A stretch of 64,000 bases of DNA from Actinomycetes bacterium (GTDB lineage Bacteria; Actinomycetota; Acidimicrobiia; Acidimicrobiales; Ilumatobacteraceae): contig JANXUF010000082.1 of the NCBI GenBank assembly GCA_025356335.1, positions 1,910 to 65,909 of the forward strand, written 5' to 3'. Below the pieces are notes generated by a model. The model ran no database searches, was not told the origin of the DNA, and saw only the letters and a program-made list of their open reading frames with translations. Positions 16,702 to 25,840 of the stretch are shown here, piece by piece. Position 1 is the stretch's first letter, and each line of letters begins with the position of its first letter. The position numbers and the translations under genes were made by a program.

Positions 16702-17007
16702 CTATACAGTCAGGCGGCGCAGAACGTCGAACGCGTCCTTCTCGACGAGCATTGGGACGAATGTCCGGACCGTCGCAGCGGCGTACTGCTGCCATGTCGC
16801 TCTGACGGTTCGTTCGACGGTGTCGTGACCGAGCACGTCTCCGAATCGACCGTCGAGCCGCCTGACGATCGGAGCGAACTGCTGATCGGTGAGATCATCC
16901 TCCGGCCCCGGAACTGTCGCGCCTTCGACTGCCTGACCGTTGTTCACTGGAAACACGAGGTGTCCTCCTCCGCCGCGCACGGGTCCCGCGGACCAGGCAA
17001 CGACCAT
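16702..17007 (-). CDS. Small protein with three-helix-bundle dimerization-like domain (as in N-termini of actinobacterial LMW phosphatase/ArsC-family proteins)
   Basis: VERTVRATWQQYAAATVRTFVPMLVEKDAFDVLRRL is recognised from memory. The start is uncertain. Confidence 0.45.
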   Translation of the reverse strand: MVVAWSAGPVRGGGGHLVFPVNNGQAVEGATVPGPEDDLTDQQFAPIVRRLDGRFGDVLGHDTVERTVRATWQQYAAATVRTFVPMLVEKDAFDVLRRLTV

Positions 17008-17119
17008 CAGAACGCTACCAGCGGCTGCGGCCGGCGGTTTTGTCTGCCACGCATCCTCGAGATGAACAGCGTCGGATCATCGTTGGAGCGCACCCACCGC
17101 TCGGACTGCTACGGTCCGG

Positions 17120-17368
17120 ATGATGACGACGATCACCGGAGATATCGAGTCAGACGAGCTGACCGACATCCAGCGACTGCTCGCCGGATCTCGGCTGCTC
17201 GACGACGCCGAGGTCAGGGTCACGGCGGAACGACTCCGCCTGACCAAGGTTCGCGGCCGTACGTACACCCTCGACTGGCTCCGCAGCGGCGATCTCCAAA
17301 CGGATCTCGAGATAGCCGCCGGACGACTCGCCGATCTCATCTCCTCCAGCGAACACTCCCCGATCTGA
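17120..17368 (+). CDS. Hypothetical small acidic protein
   Basis: 82-aa ORF with non-artefactual composition. No recognisable family. Confidence 0.35.
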   Translation: MMTTITGDIESDELTDIQRLLAGSRLLDDAEVRVTAERLRLTKVRGRTYTLDWLRSGDLQTDLEIAAGRLADLISSSEHSPI

Positions 17369-17416
17369 CGTCGATCGGTTTCCGGCGAGCGCAGCCGGGG
17401 TGCTTCACTGTGTTGC

Positions 17417-18229
17417 ATGGTTCGGATACTGCAGGTCAGTGACTCCCACCTGTCGACGCGTGCGCCCTTTGCCGACGACAATTGGCAGGCTGTTGTCGAC
17501 TACGTCCACACCCACCGGCCGGACTTCGTCGTCCACACCGGCGACATCAGCCTCAACGGTGCTGATGACGACACGGACCTCCTGCACGCACGCGCCCAGC
17601 TGGAACGCCTCGGCGTGCCGTGGCGAGCGATTCCCGGCAACCACGACATCGGCGACTTCGGCGACACCCTGCAACCGGTAACCGAGGCGAGGCGTCATCG
17701 ATACGCCGACGTCTTCGGCGCGCCGAGCTGGACCGTCGATTTCGGCGGGATCACGCTCGTCGGCCTCGACGTCCAAACGCTCCTTTCAGGGTTGGCGTCG
17801 TCGCTCGATCTGTGGGACTGGCTCGACGAACAACTCGGTGCAGCGGGACCGGTTGCACTCTTCCTCCACCGGCCACTGCTGCCATGGCATCCGGCAGAGA
17901 CCGACGATCCCCGTCGGTACGTCACCGAGCCGTCACGCAGTCGTCTCGGAGCCATCCTCCATCGAGCAGACCTCCGACTCGTGGCCAGTGGACATGTTCA
18001 TCAATGGCGCATGGTCGAGCACGAACGGACGAAACACATCTGGGCGCCATCCACATGGGCAATGCTTCCTGAACACATCCAGCCGACGATCGGCACGAAG
18101 GCCGTCGGATTCGTCGAACACGTGCTGAGTTCCGACGCCGACAACGCCGTCGTCAGCACGCTCGTGCGCCCGGCCGGTATTGCCCAGGTCACCATCGAGG
18201 CGGACTTCGCGTCACCATACGCTCACTGA
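17417..18229 (+). CDS. Calcineurin-like metallophosphoesterase (cytoplasmic)
   Basis: ILQVSDSHL, HTGDIS, PGNHD and GHVH motifs in canonical order. No signal peptide. Confidence 0.8.
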   Translation: MVRILQVSDSHLSTRAPFADDNWQAVVDYVHTHRPDFVVHTGDISLNGADDDTDLLHARAQLERLGVPWRAIPGNHDIGDFGDTLQPVTEARRHRYADVFGAPSWTVDFGGITLVGLDVQTLLSGLASSLDLWDWLDEQLGAAGPVALFLHRPLLPWHPAETDDPRRYVTEPSRSRLGAILHRADLRLVASGHVHQWRMVEHERTKHIWAPSTWAMLPEHIQPTIGTKAVGFVEHVLSSDADNAVVSTLVRPAGIAQVTIEADFASPYAH

Positions 18230-18352
18230 TCACGCTGCAGCACGGAGCGCCGAACGCCTTCTGCGTCCGCAGGCTCACCGGGGGCACCAATCGTACGGAC
18301 GACGGTCGCTCGTGGGAGCGTCTGGCGGCCCGCGCCCGACATGTCGCCGACT

Positions 18353-18385
18353 GTTCACGGACGACACGTCTGGAGTTCACCTGCC
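18353..18385 (+). promoter_or_regulatory. PHO-box-like repeats upstream of the 18448 gene
   Basis: GTTCACggacg acacgtctgga GTTCACCtgcc: two GTTCAC units exactly 22 nt apart, 63-95 nt upstream of the ATG at 18448 (RBS GGAGGA). Confidence 0.5.
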
Positions 18386-18447
18386 CGCTACGTCGATGTC
18401 GCTCCGTGGACGCACGATCGGTGACCAGCCGCCCCTCGGAGGAAACC

Positions 18448-19200
18448 ATGCTCGCTCTCCCACCCTCGTCGCGTTCCATCCGCTCACCGCGTGCGAGGAA
18501 GATTCGCAACGCTGCGTTCACCGGCGCCGTCGCACTCGTCGCGGTGATCGGGGTGCCGGGGTCAGCCTGGGCCACGGCGACCTCGGCAACCGGTGCCGTC
18601 GAAATCGTCTCCGCACCGCCGAGCGTCGCCGACGGCGCATACGAGAGCAATACAGCGATTCGTGTGTTCGACGAGTCGCAAGTGACGATCAGCAGCGGGC
18701 CGATTCCTGGCGGGGCAGCGCTCGTTGCTCCGCCGCAGACCGTTACCTGCCTGCAATCGCACATGATCCACTTCGACGCCGCCGGCACATCTCGAACAAG
18801 GCTGTCGGGCACCGTGACCTTCTCGCAGGACATCGTCGCCATCATCGGGACGAACAGACCGTTCGGGTTCCTGTTCAGGCCGCTTGACTTGACCGACCGC
18901 ATCGTCGGAGCCCACGGCACGACGTATCACTCGCCTGGCGATTCGAGACGCGGGGTCGAATTCCTCGACGACGATGTCGTTACCGTCGACGCGCACGATC
19001 GGAAAACCGTCGCCGTCAACCTCGGTGGTGACGGCTTCGACGAGGTTCGCGTCCTGACGAACTGCGATGTGCCGCCGGCCGACGTCCCGGAAGTTCCATT
19101 GAACGCGCTGCTCCCTCTCGGCGGCCTTGCGGTCGTCGGTGGGAGCTACGGCTGGTCACGTCGCGGACGCACGAGGCGGAACGTATCCGTCGGAGCGTAG
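18448..19200 (+). CDS. Secreted protein of unknown function with PANxPExP-type C-terminal sorting tail
   Basis: Signal peptide MLALPPSSRSIRSPRARKIRNAAFTGAVALVAVIGVPGSAWA. C-terminus PPADVPEVPLNALLPLGGLAVVGGSYGWSRRGRTRRNVSVGA. The 3' end overlaps the convergent phosphatase gene by 55 nt. Confidence 0.7.
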   Translation: MLALPPSSRSIRSPRARKIRNAAFTGAVALVAVIGVPGSAWATATSATGAVEIVSAPPSVADGAYESNTAIRVFDESQVTISSGPIPGGAALVAPPQTVTCLQSHMIHFDAAGTSRTRLSGTVTFSQDIVAIIGTNRPFGFLFRPLDLTDRIVGAHGTTYHSPGDSRRGVEFLDDDVVTVDAHDRKTVAVNLGGDGFDEVRVLTNCDVPPADVPEVPLNALLPLGGLAVVGGSYGWSRRGRTRRNVSVGA

Positions 19201-20777
19201 GTCGCCGACCCGGCCTTGGCGGCGTAGTACTGCACGGTGATGGACGTCGCGCCACCACGCTTTCCGGGATCGACGTCGAACGTACAGAAGCCGTACGGAT
19301 TGGCGAGATCGCGGAAGGCCGACCAGTTGCCGGGCTCCGTCGTGATCTTCGAGGGCCGCGGCCCGATGCCGTTGACGACCGCCGAGGTGTCGACGTCGTA
19401 GATCAACACGCCATCGTGTGGCATGTCGAACGCCGACGGACTGGTCGGGAACGAATGACCCCCACCGCCGATGATCATATGGACCGTCCCCTTGGTCGTG
19501 TCGATCACGTCGATCGCAGTGGTCTGGGGAATCGGTGTCCGTAGCTGGGTGCCGGTCGGGCCGAGGATCGTGGCGTCGAACCCGTGTACGGCGTGCGTGC
19601 GCTCGTAGTGGTGCTCGTGGCCGGCGACCACCAGATCGACTCCGTACTGCTCGAACAACGGCAGCCATTGCTGACGGATACCGAGGTCTGCACCATTGAA
19701 GTGGGCGGAGGACATCGCCACCTGGTGCATACAGACGACGATCCAGTCGATGTCGTCGTTCGCCCGGATCGTGCGAAGTGTGCGCTCGAGCCATGCCTTC
19801 TGAGCGCCCTGCGAGTACCCGTTGATGTAGTCCTGACGATGTGCCGCATGCTTGTTGTTGTCGAGCCGGTATTTGACATATGACCCCGCCTGTAGACAGA
19901 CATCGTCGTTGTTCAACGAGACGACGGCGACACTGCCGACCTTGAACCAGTACCAGTTGCCCTGCCAATCCTGTTGCTGATCATTGTCCGGCAACGAGAA
20001 CCACGTCTGGTAGGCGAGCATTCCCTGTGAGCCGTTGCCCATCTCGTTTTCGTGGTTCCCGGCACTCGGCATCCACGGGCGGTTGCGCGCAGAACGCATG
20101 TTGTTCTGGAAGAACGATCGCCATGTCGCCACCGGGTTGTCGCTGACGTTGGCGTAGCAGAGATCCCCGTTGAGCAGATGGAACAGCGGGTCCGTTGCCT
20201 CGACGGCGTCGACGATGTAGCCGGCGTTCGGCGTATGCGGCCCGACCAGCGCGCCAGACCCGACAGCGGCCGGGATTGCCTGGTCACCGAAACTCGAGAA
20301 GCGGAACGGTGCACGACGATCCGGGGCGGAGCGGAATGTGCCCCCCACCGGATCGCCGCCCTGAGCGTACGCCTGGTAGGTGTACTGCTGCCCGGCCCGG
20401 AGACCGTCGACCTGGGCGTGGTACGTGTAGACCGTCTCGCCCGTGAGCGCATCGGTGTAGGCGCGTTCTTCGGCCTGTACGACATCGCCGTAGCCCCCGT
20501 GTTTCGAGCCGAGCCGTAGCCGAGGACGCTTCGACTGCGTCGGGGTCGACCACGACGCAACGATCGTTTCACTGGCGTCTGCGCCGAACTGCAGATGCAA
20601 CATGTCGGCTGGCGCCGCACCGCTCACATCAGGCTGACGCACCAGCGTCGGTCCGGCCGAGGCCTTCCCGGCAAAGGCAGTGGCGGCGGCTACGGCAGTC
20701 CCGGCGATGCCCGCATCGCGGAGAAACCGCCGACGGCCGATCGGCGCTTGTGTGTTGTCCTCGTCCGGTGTTGACAT
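19146..20777 (-). CDS. Tat-exported purple-acid-phosphatase-type metallophosphoesterase
   Basis: Twin-arginine signal GRRRFLRDAGIAGTAVAAATAFAGKASA. Metallophosphatase motifs GDLCY, GNHE, VVCMHQ and AGHEHHYER. ATG at 20777 with a GAGGAG RBS. Confidence 0.85.
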   Translation of the reverse strand: MSTPDEDNTQAPIGRRRFLRDAGIAGTAVAAATAFAGKASAGPTLVRQPDVSGAAPADMLHLQFGADASETIVASWSTPTQSKRPRLRLGSKHGGYGDVVQAEERAYTDALTGETVYTYHAQVDGLRAGQQYTYQAYAQGGDPVGGTFRSAPDRRAPFRFSSFGDQAIPAAVGSGALVGPHTPNAGYIVDAVEATDPLFHLLNGDLCYANVSDNPVATWRSFFQNNMRSARNRPWMPSAGNHENEMGNGSQGMLAYQTWFSLPDNDQQQDWQGNWYWFKVGSVAVVSLNNDDVCLQAGSYVKYRLDNNKHAAHRQDYINGYSQGAQKAWLERTLRTIRANDDIDWIVVCMHQVAMSSAHFNGADLGIRQQWLPLFEQYGVDLVVAGHEHHYERTHAVHGFDATILGPTGTQLRTPIPQTTAIDVIDTTKGTVHMIIGGGGHSFPTSPSAFDMPHDGVLIYDVDTSAVVNGIGPRPSKITTEPGNWSAFRDLANPYGFCTFDVDPGKRGGATSITVQYYAAKAGSATYAPTDTFRLVRPRRDQP

Positions 20778-20836
20778 TGTTGCTCCTCGAATCCGACTGA
20801 CCACCATTTGTGTGGCTCGGTGAAGCCTGCGCCCTG

Positions 20837-20891
20837 CGTTGCTGAACGAACAAGGTCAGCTTCGGGAACAAACGGCAACATTCTGTTGAAC
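20837..20891 (-). promoter_or_regulatory. PHO-box-like array upstream of the purple-acid-type phosphatase
   Basis: Minus strand reads GTTCAacagaa TGTTGccgttt GTTCCcgaagc TGACCttgttc GTTCAgcaacg. These are five 11-nt units with GTTCA/GTTCC at 22-nt spacing, 60-114 nt upstream of the ATG at 20777. Confidence 0.5.
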
Positions 20892-21109
20892 GATCCGGTC
20901 TGCGGCCCGGTGCGACGGGCGAGGTTGTAGCCATTGCCGGTGATCGAGTTGTCGACTCGGGAATGACGAGGCGACGGCGGCAGGGCGTCAAGCGGCGCAG
21001 CGCTGGCGGTGGCCCCACCGGCTGGCGTGGTCATGGCTCGTCAGCCGACAATGAAGCCAGAGATGCTGGACGGGTTTGCGACCATCACCCTTTCGACACC
21101 CGTCTCCGC

Positions 21110-21949
21110 TCACGCATCGCGACGCCTCAGGAGGTAGTTGGCGACGAGCATGAGCACTGCGGTCCACAGGCACACGACGCCGAAGCCCTGCCACGGCGTC
21201 AGGAGATCTTTGGGTCCCTGGCGTGCGTTCACCATCAGCTGGCCGGCACTGGTCGGCAGGTAGGCGTAGATGTGGTCGCCGATCGCTCCCGGGATCAGCT
21301 GGGTGAGCGGTGCGAGCACGAGCACGAAGGCGATGATCCCGGTGATGCCTCCGGCGGTGTGGCGCACGATCGCGCCGATGGCGATGGAGAACACGCCGAG
21401 CACGGCGCCGTAGAGGCCTGCACCGAAGAGGGCGTGGAGCACGCCCGGGTCGCCGATGCCGACCGGCACCTTCGAGTGCAGGATCGGGGCACCGATAGCG
21501 AACGCACCGAACGCAGCGACTTCGCCGACGACGAATACGAGCACGGCGAACACCGCTGCCTTGGTCATCAGCATCGGGGTCCGCCGGGGGACGGCGAGCA
21601 GGCTGGCACGAATGGTGCCGCTGGAGTACTCGTTGGAGATGACGAGTACGCCGAGAACGCAGACCGCGAGCTGGCTGATCTGGAACCCGGCCCCCAGGAT
21701 CAGGCGGGTCGGGTCGAGCTGATACGTCAGCTTCTGAACGGCGTCGAGCTGATCCCATTGGGTAACGGTCAGACCGACGAAGAGGGCGGTGAACCCGACG
21801 GTCGCGACGACGAGCAGCACGAATGCGGCGACGCTGGAGCGCAGCGAACGGATCTTGGTCCATTCCGACCTGACCAGGCCGCCGATGTCGAGACCGGTCC
21901 GCCCGAGGCGCACATCCTCGGAGGGCGGGTGGAGGACGGTGGCGGTCAT
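21110..21949 (-). CDS. ABC-2 type transporter permease
   Basis: The real start is MTATVLHPP at 21949, an ATGA overlap with the upstream ATPase. Six hydrophobic helices. The longer ORF-track N-terminus is an Arg-rich artefact. Confidence 0.8.
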   Translation of the reverse strand: MTATVLHPPSEDVRLGRTGLDIGGLVRSEWTKIRSLRSSVAAFVLLVVATVGFTALFVGLTVTQWDQLDAVQKLTYQLDPTRLILGAGFQISQLAVCVLGVLVISNEYSSGTIRASLLAVPRRTPMLMTKAAVFAVLVFVVGEVAAFGAFAIGAPILHSKVPVGIGDPGVLHALFGAGLYGAVLGVFSIAIGAIVRHTAGGITGIIAFVLVLAPLTQLIPGAIGDHIYAYLPTSAGQLMVNARQGPKDLLTPWQGFGVVCLWTAVLMLVANYLLRRRDA

Positions 21950-22905
21950 CGGTCGGCTCCAACGGACGAGGCGGTGGCGAACACCGGACTGTCGCTGTTC
22001 GAACTGTGGCCGCCGAACTCGGTGCTGGTGTGGGTCTGTTCCATGAATGCGTCCTCGAGTGATGCGAGTTGCGGGGTGAGCTCGTGGAGTTCGAGCCTGG
22101 CTGTGAATGCGAGTGCCCCGATGTGGGCGGCGTCGACCAGTGTGACGATCAGTTCGCCTTCGCCATGGGTTTCGACGTGTCCGCCGGCGGACGTGATCAG
22201 GTCGGCCAACGCCACGGCGTCGGGCGACTTGACGAGCACAGTCCGTTTCGAACTTCGTTCGACGAACTCGTCGGTCGTACATGCAGCGATGAGTCGGCCG
22301 CGGCCGATGACGATCAGGTCCGATGCGGTGGCCGCGATCTCGCTCATCAGATGACTGGAGACCAAGATCGTGCGACCTTCGCTCGCGAGGTGGATCACGA
22401 GGTTGCGGATCCACATGATGCCGTCGGGGTCGAGTCCGTTGACCGGTTCATCGAGGATCAACACCGATGGATCACCGATCAGCGCGGCGGCGAGGCCGAG
22501 GCGTTGACCCATGCCGAGTGAGAACGTGCCGGCGCGTTCGTGGGCCACATCGTGCAGCCCGACGAGCTCGAGCACCTCGTCGACCCGGCCGCGGGGGATG
22601 CCCTGCGTCTGGGCGAGGTACAGCAGGTGGTCGTACGCCGTGCGGCCCTTGTGGGTTGCGCCGGCGTCGAGCAGGGCACCGACCACTCGCAGCGGCCGCG
22701 GCAGCTCGACGTAGTGGATGCCGCCGATGGTGGCATCACCCGATGTGGGTCGGTCGAGACCGACGATGAGGCGCATCGTCGTCGACTTGCCGGCACCGTT
22801 CGGGCCGAGGAAGCCCGTGACGACGCCTGGTTGGACAGTGAAGGAGAGGTGGTCGATGACGACCTTGCCGTCGTAGCTCTTGCAGAGATCGCGGACCTCG
22901 ATCAC
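21946..22905 (-). CDS. ABC transporter ATP-binding protein (partner of the ABC-2 permease)
   Basis: GPNGAGKSTTMR, LSLGMGQRLGLAAAL, ILDEPVNGLDP. GTG at 22905 directly precedes IEVRDLCKSY. The start is uncertain by about 30 nt. Confidence 0.85.
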   Translation of the reverse strand: MIEVRDLCKSYDGKVVIDHLSFTVQPGVVTGFLGPNGAGKSTTMRLIVGLDRPTSGDATIGGIHYVELPRPLRVVGALLDAGATHKGRTAYDHLLYLAQTQGIPRGRVDEVLELVGLHDVAHERAGTFSLGMGQRLGLAAALIGDPSVLILDEPVNGLDPDGIMWIRNLVIHLASEGRTILVSSHLMSEIAATASDLIVIGRGRLIAACTTDEFVERSSKRTVLVKSPDAVALADLITSAGGHVETHGEGELIVTLVDAAHIGALAFTARLELHELTPQLASLEDAFMEQTHTSTEFGGHSSNSDSPVFATASSVGADR

Positions 22906-23262
22906 ATGCGACGGTCCGACAGGCCGACTCACGGCAGAATCGATGCTGCGGAGGCCGGCGATGGTTCCGAGCCGCCACGGTCGAAGCGGAATGCTGCATA
23001 GGTTCGGCGCTCGCTGGTGACGTGGCAACCGACCCGTTCCGGTCCGACAACGATGATGACATTCATGACGACTCCCTTGAATCGCAACCAGAACACGGCT
23101 TCGAGACAGCTCCAACGTACGTGCAAACAGAAACGCAAGTCAGGGCCAAACGTCCTCAATGACGCTGTGGACCTCAAGCGCTTCTTCCGACGTGTCGGTG
23201 AGCCGCCGGCGTTGACCTCGGCGTTCATGGTCCGTTCATCACTGCTCCGTAGGGTCGTACCC

Positions 23263-25134
23263 ATGGCACCCAGTGACGATCGACCGGATTCGCTCGATCC
23301 AGCCGAACTCGTCCGGGTGGAGGACGAGTTGCACCGGTTGCGCGCCGATCTCGTGGCAGCAGAAGTTGCCGGCACCGAAGCGATCGAGGCCGCCCATCCG
23401 ACGCATCGGCGGTCGGCCGTCAACCTCGTCCACTACGTCGAACTCCGCAATCACGATGTCCGCGAATTGCAGTCGCGACTCGCAGTGCTCGGCTTGTCGT
23501 CGTTGGGCCGATCGGAATCCGACGTCATCAGGGCGATCGACGCAGTGCTCGTCATCCTTTCGACGTTGACCGGCTCGACGCCGCTTCCACGGTCAGACGA
23601 CGATCGGTTCCCGGCCGGGACCGACGTGCTGACCGCCAACGCCGATCGCCTGCTCGGACCTGCGCCGGCTGCTCGCAGCACTCGGATCATGGTGACGATG
23701 CCGAGCGAAGCCGCAGGCGATGCGGATCTCGTTGCCGGACTGTTCGACAGGGGTATGGACATCGGCAGGGTGAACTGCGCACACGACGACGCCGATGGGT
23801 GGGCGCGGATGATCGTCCACCTCCGAGCGAGCATCACGGCGCGTGGACGCCGTTGCCGGGTGACCATGGACCTCGCCGGCCCGAAACTGCGGACGGGCCC
23901 GTTGCTCCCCGGGCCGCAAGCCATACGGGTCGGACCGAAACGCGACGGGCTTGGCCGCGTGGTGTCGCCGGCGAAGGTGTGGTTGGCCGCTCCCGTGGCG
24001 TCGGATGCCTCCGTGCCGACCCACGTCGGTATCGTCACCGTGCCGGTCGAGGACGCCTCGTGGATCGAGCGGCGGCGTTTCGGGGATCGTCTCGAACTCA
24101 TCGACAGTCGTGGTGCGCAGCGGCACTGGGACGTCGTCGACGTTGCGGAAGGCGGTTGCCTGGTTTCGACGGAGCAGACGACCTACCTGACCACCGGTTT
24201 GCGGGTCTCGTGTCCGACCGTCGACGGCGCTGACGCTGTGGCGATCGGCGAACTTCCCGAGCTCGAGCTCGCCCACCGCGTGCTGCTCGGCGACACCGTG
24301 ATCCTGACCAGATCGCTCACACCGGCGGCCGCCACCGTCGGAGGTACCCCCCACGCGATCGGCTGCAGCCTCCCCGAGGCCTTCACACAGGCGGAAGCGG
24401 GCGAACACGTGTGGCTCGACGACGGCAAGATCGGCGGCGTCATCGACCGGGTAACGGCTGACGAGATCACGATGACCGTCACCGTCGTGCGCCCTGGCGG
24501 AGCGAAGCTCAGAGCCGGCAAAGGGATCAACCTTCCCGAAACAGATCTGCGGCTCGATGCCTTGACCGCCAAGGACCTGCACGATCTGGAATTCGTTGCA
24601 CGCAACGCGGACATCGTCGAATTGTCCTTTGTCCGTCGTCCGGCAGATATCGAACAACTGCAGCGTGAACTCCTCCGGCTCGATGCCTCCCATGTCGGCA
24701 TCGTCTTGAAGATCGAGAATGCGGCTGCGTTCGAGCACCTTCCCGAGCTGTTGTTGACAGCGATGCGCAGCCGGGACGTGGGGGTGATGATCGCCCGCGG
24801 TGACCTCGCTGTGGAGGTCGGCTTCGATCGTCTCGCCGAGGTGCAGGAGGAAATCATGTGGCTCTGCGAGGCCGCTCGCGTCCCGGTCATCTGGGCAACG
24901 CAGGTGCTCGACACGCTGGCCAGAACCGGGCAGCCGTCGCGGGCCGAGATCACCGACGCCGCAATGTCGGAGCGCGCCGAATGCGTCATGCTCAACAAGG
25001 GCCCGCATATCGCCGAAGCCGTCACCGTGCTGGATTCGATCCTCGTACGAATGCAGGATCATTACGACAAGAAGCGCAGTCTCCTCCGCCGGCTCCGAGC
25101 CTGGAGCCACGGCACCCCAGGGACCGACGACTGA
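23263..25134 (+). CDS. Pyruvate kinase family protein (long form)
   Basis: GRVNCAHDD, MIARGDLAVEVG, VIWATQVLDTL, PSRAEITDAA, VMLNKGPH. The ATG at 23263 was chosen; the upstream part of the ORF is compositionally poor. Confidence 0.7.
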   Translation: MAPSDDRPDSLDPAELVRVEDELHRLRADLVAAEVAGTEAIEAAHPTHRRSAVNLVHYVELRNHDVRELQSRLAVLGLSSLGRSESDVIRAIDAVLVILSTLTGSTPLPRSDDDRFPAGTDVLTANADRLLGPAPAARSTRIMVTMPSEAAGDADLVAGLFDRGMDIGRVNCAHDDADGWARMIVHLRASITARGRRCRVTMDLAGPKLRTGPLLPGPQAIRVGPKRDGLGRVVSPAKVWLAAPVASDASVPTHVGIVTVPVEDASWIERRRFGDRLELIDSRGAQRHWDVVDVAEGGCLVSTEQTTYLTTGLRVSCPTVDGADAVAIGELPELELAHRVLLGDTVILTRSLTPAAATVGGTPHAIGCSLPEAFTQAEAGEHVWLDDGKIGGVIDRVTADEITMTVTVVRPGGAKLRAGKGINLPETDLRLDALTAKDLHDLEFVARNADIVELSFVRRPADIEQLQRELLRLDASHVGIVLKIENAAAFEHLPELLLTAMRSRDVGVMIARGDLAVEVGFDRLAEVQEEIMWLCEAARVPVIWATQVLDTLARTGQPSRAEITDAAMSERAECVMLNKGPHIAEAVTVLDSILVRMQDHYDKKRSLLRRLRAWSHGTPGTDD

Positions 25135-25138
25135 GGAA

Positions 25139-25840
25139 TCAGGCCGGTGCGTGACGGGTGGACGTACGCAGCAGGGCGATGGCGAGCCCGCCGACGACGA
25201 TGAGCAGGAGCAACGGGACGATGGCCGTCCAGGCGACGACGGCGAAGGGGATCGTCCCGATCGCCATCAACACTGCGGCTACCGCCCGACGGTCACCGAC
25301 GACCCACGAACTGGCGACGAGCGCAATCCCACCGCAGGCACCGATGACGAAACGCAGTGGCGAAGCGCTTGCGGCCATCAACAGCTCGAACAGGCCGAGG
25401 GACGCCAGCAGGATCCGCAGCCAGTGCTGCCGGACGATGCTTCCCGCCGATCTCCAGCTGTCGACCGTCAGCACGCCACCGACGAGCAGCAAGAGGCCAG
25501 GGACGTACCACAGCCTCCCGACCGTCGTGAAGCACACCAACGCGACGACGCCGATCGATGCCGTCGCCATCAGCCGGCTTGTCGACCGACGGTCCGTTCG
25601 TTGCAGCACTCGCGCGGCGACACCTGCGAGGACCGACAGGATGACGGTCAGTATTCCGAGTGCTCTGGGCGATGCCTTCGCCCCACTCCATGTTGGGATG
25701 CGCGAGCCGACGGTTGCCTGAACCAGTCCGGCGAGCACCCCGACAAGCGCGCCGGATATCGCAATCTTCGCACCGGCGTTGCGCTGTCCAGTGCCGGCGG
25801 TGTTGGTGGTCGTCGTGGTGGGGGTGGTGGTGATGTTCAT
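25139..25840 (-). CDS. Hypothetical integral membrane protein
   Basis: 233 aa with ~7 hydrophobic helices. 4-nt overlap with the upstream nitroreductase-like gene. Confidence 0.5.
   Translation of the reverse strand: MNITTTPTTTTTNTAGTGQRNAGAKIAISGALVGVLAGLVQATVGSRIPTWSGAKASPRALGILTVILSVLAGVAARVLQRTDRRSTSRLMATASIGVVALVCFTTVGRLWYVPGLLLLVGGVLTVDSWRSAGSIVRQHWLRILLASLGLFELLMAASASPLRFVIGACGGIALVASSWVVGDRRAVAAVLMAIGTIPFAVVAWTAIVPLLLLIVVGGLAIALLRTSTRHAPA

Noticed and set aside
20963-22414. 463-aa plus-strand ORF, and the Arg-rich first 155 codons of the 434-aa minus-strand ORF
   Set aside because: Both are composition artefacts. The real ABC-2 permease starts at 21949 with an ATGA overlap to the ATPase gene.
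23593-25110. 505-aa and 280-aa minus-strand ORFs opposite the pyruvate-kinase-like gene
   Set aside because: Antisense shadows with Arg/Gly/Asp-rich composition and no recognisable domains.
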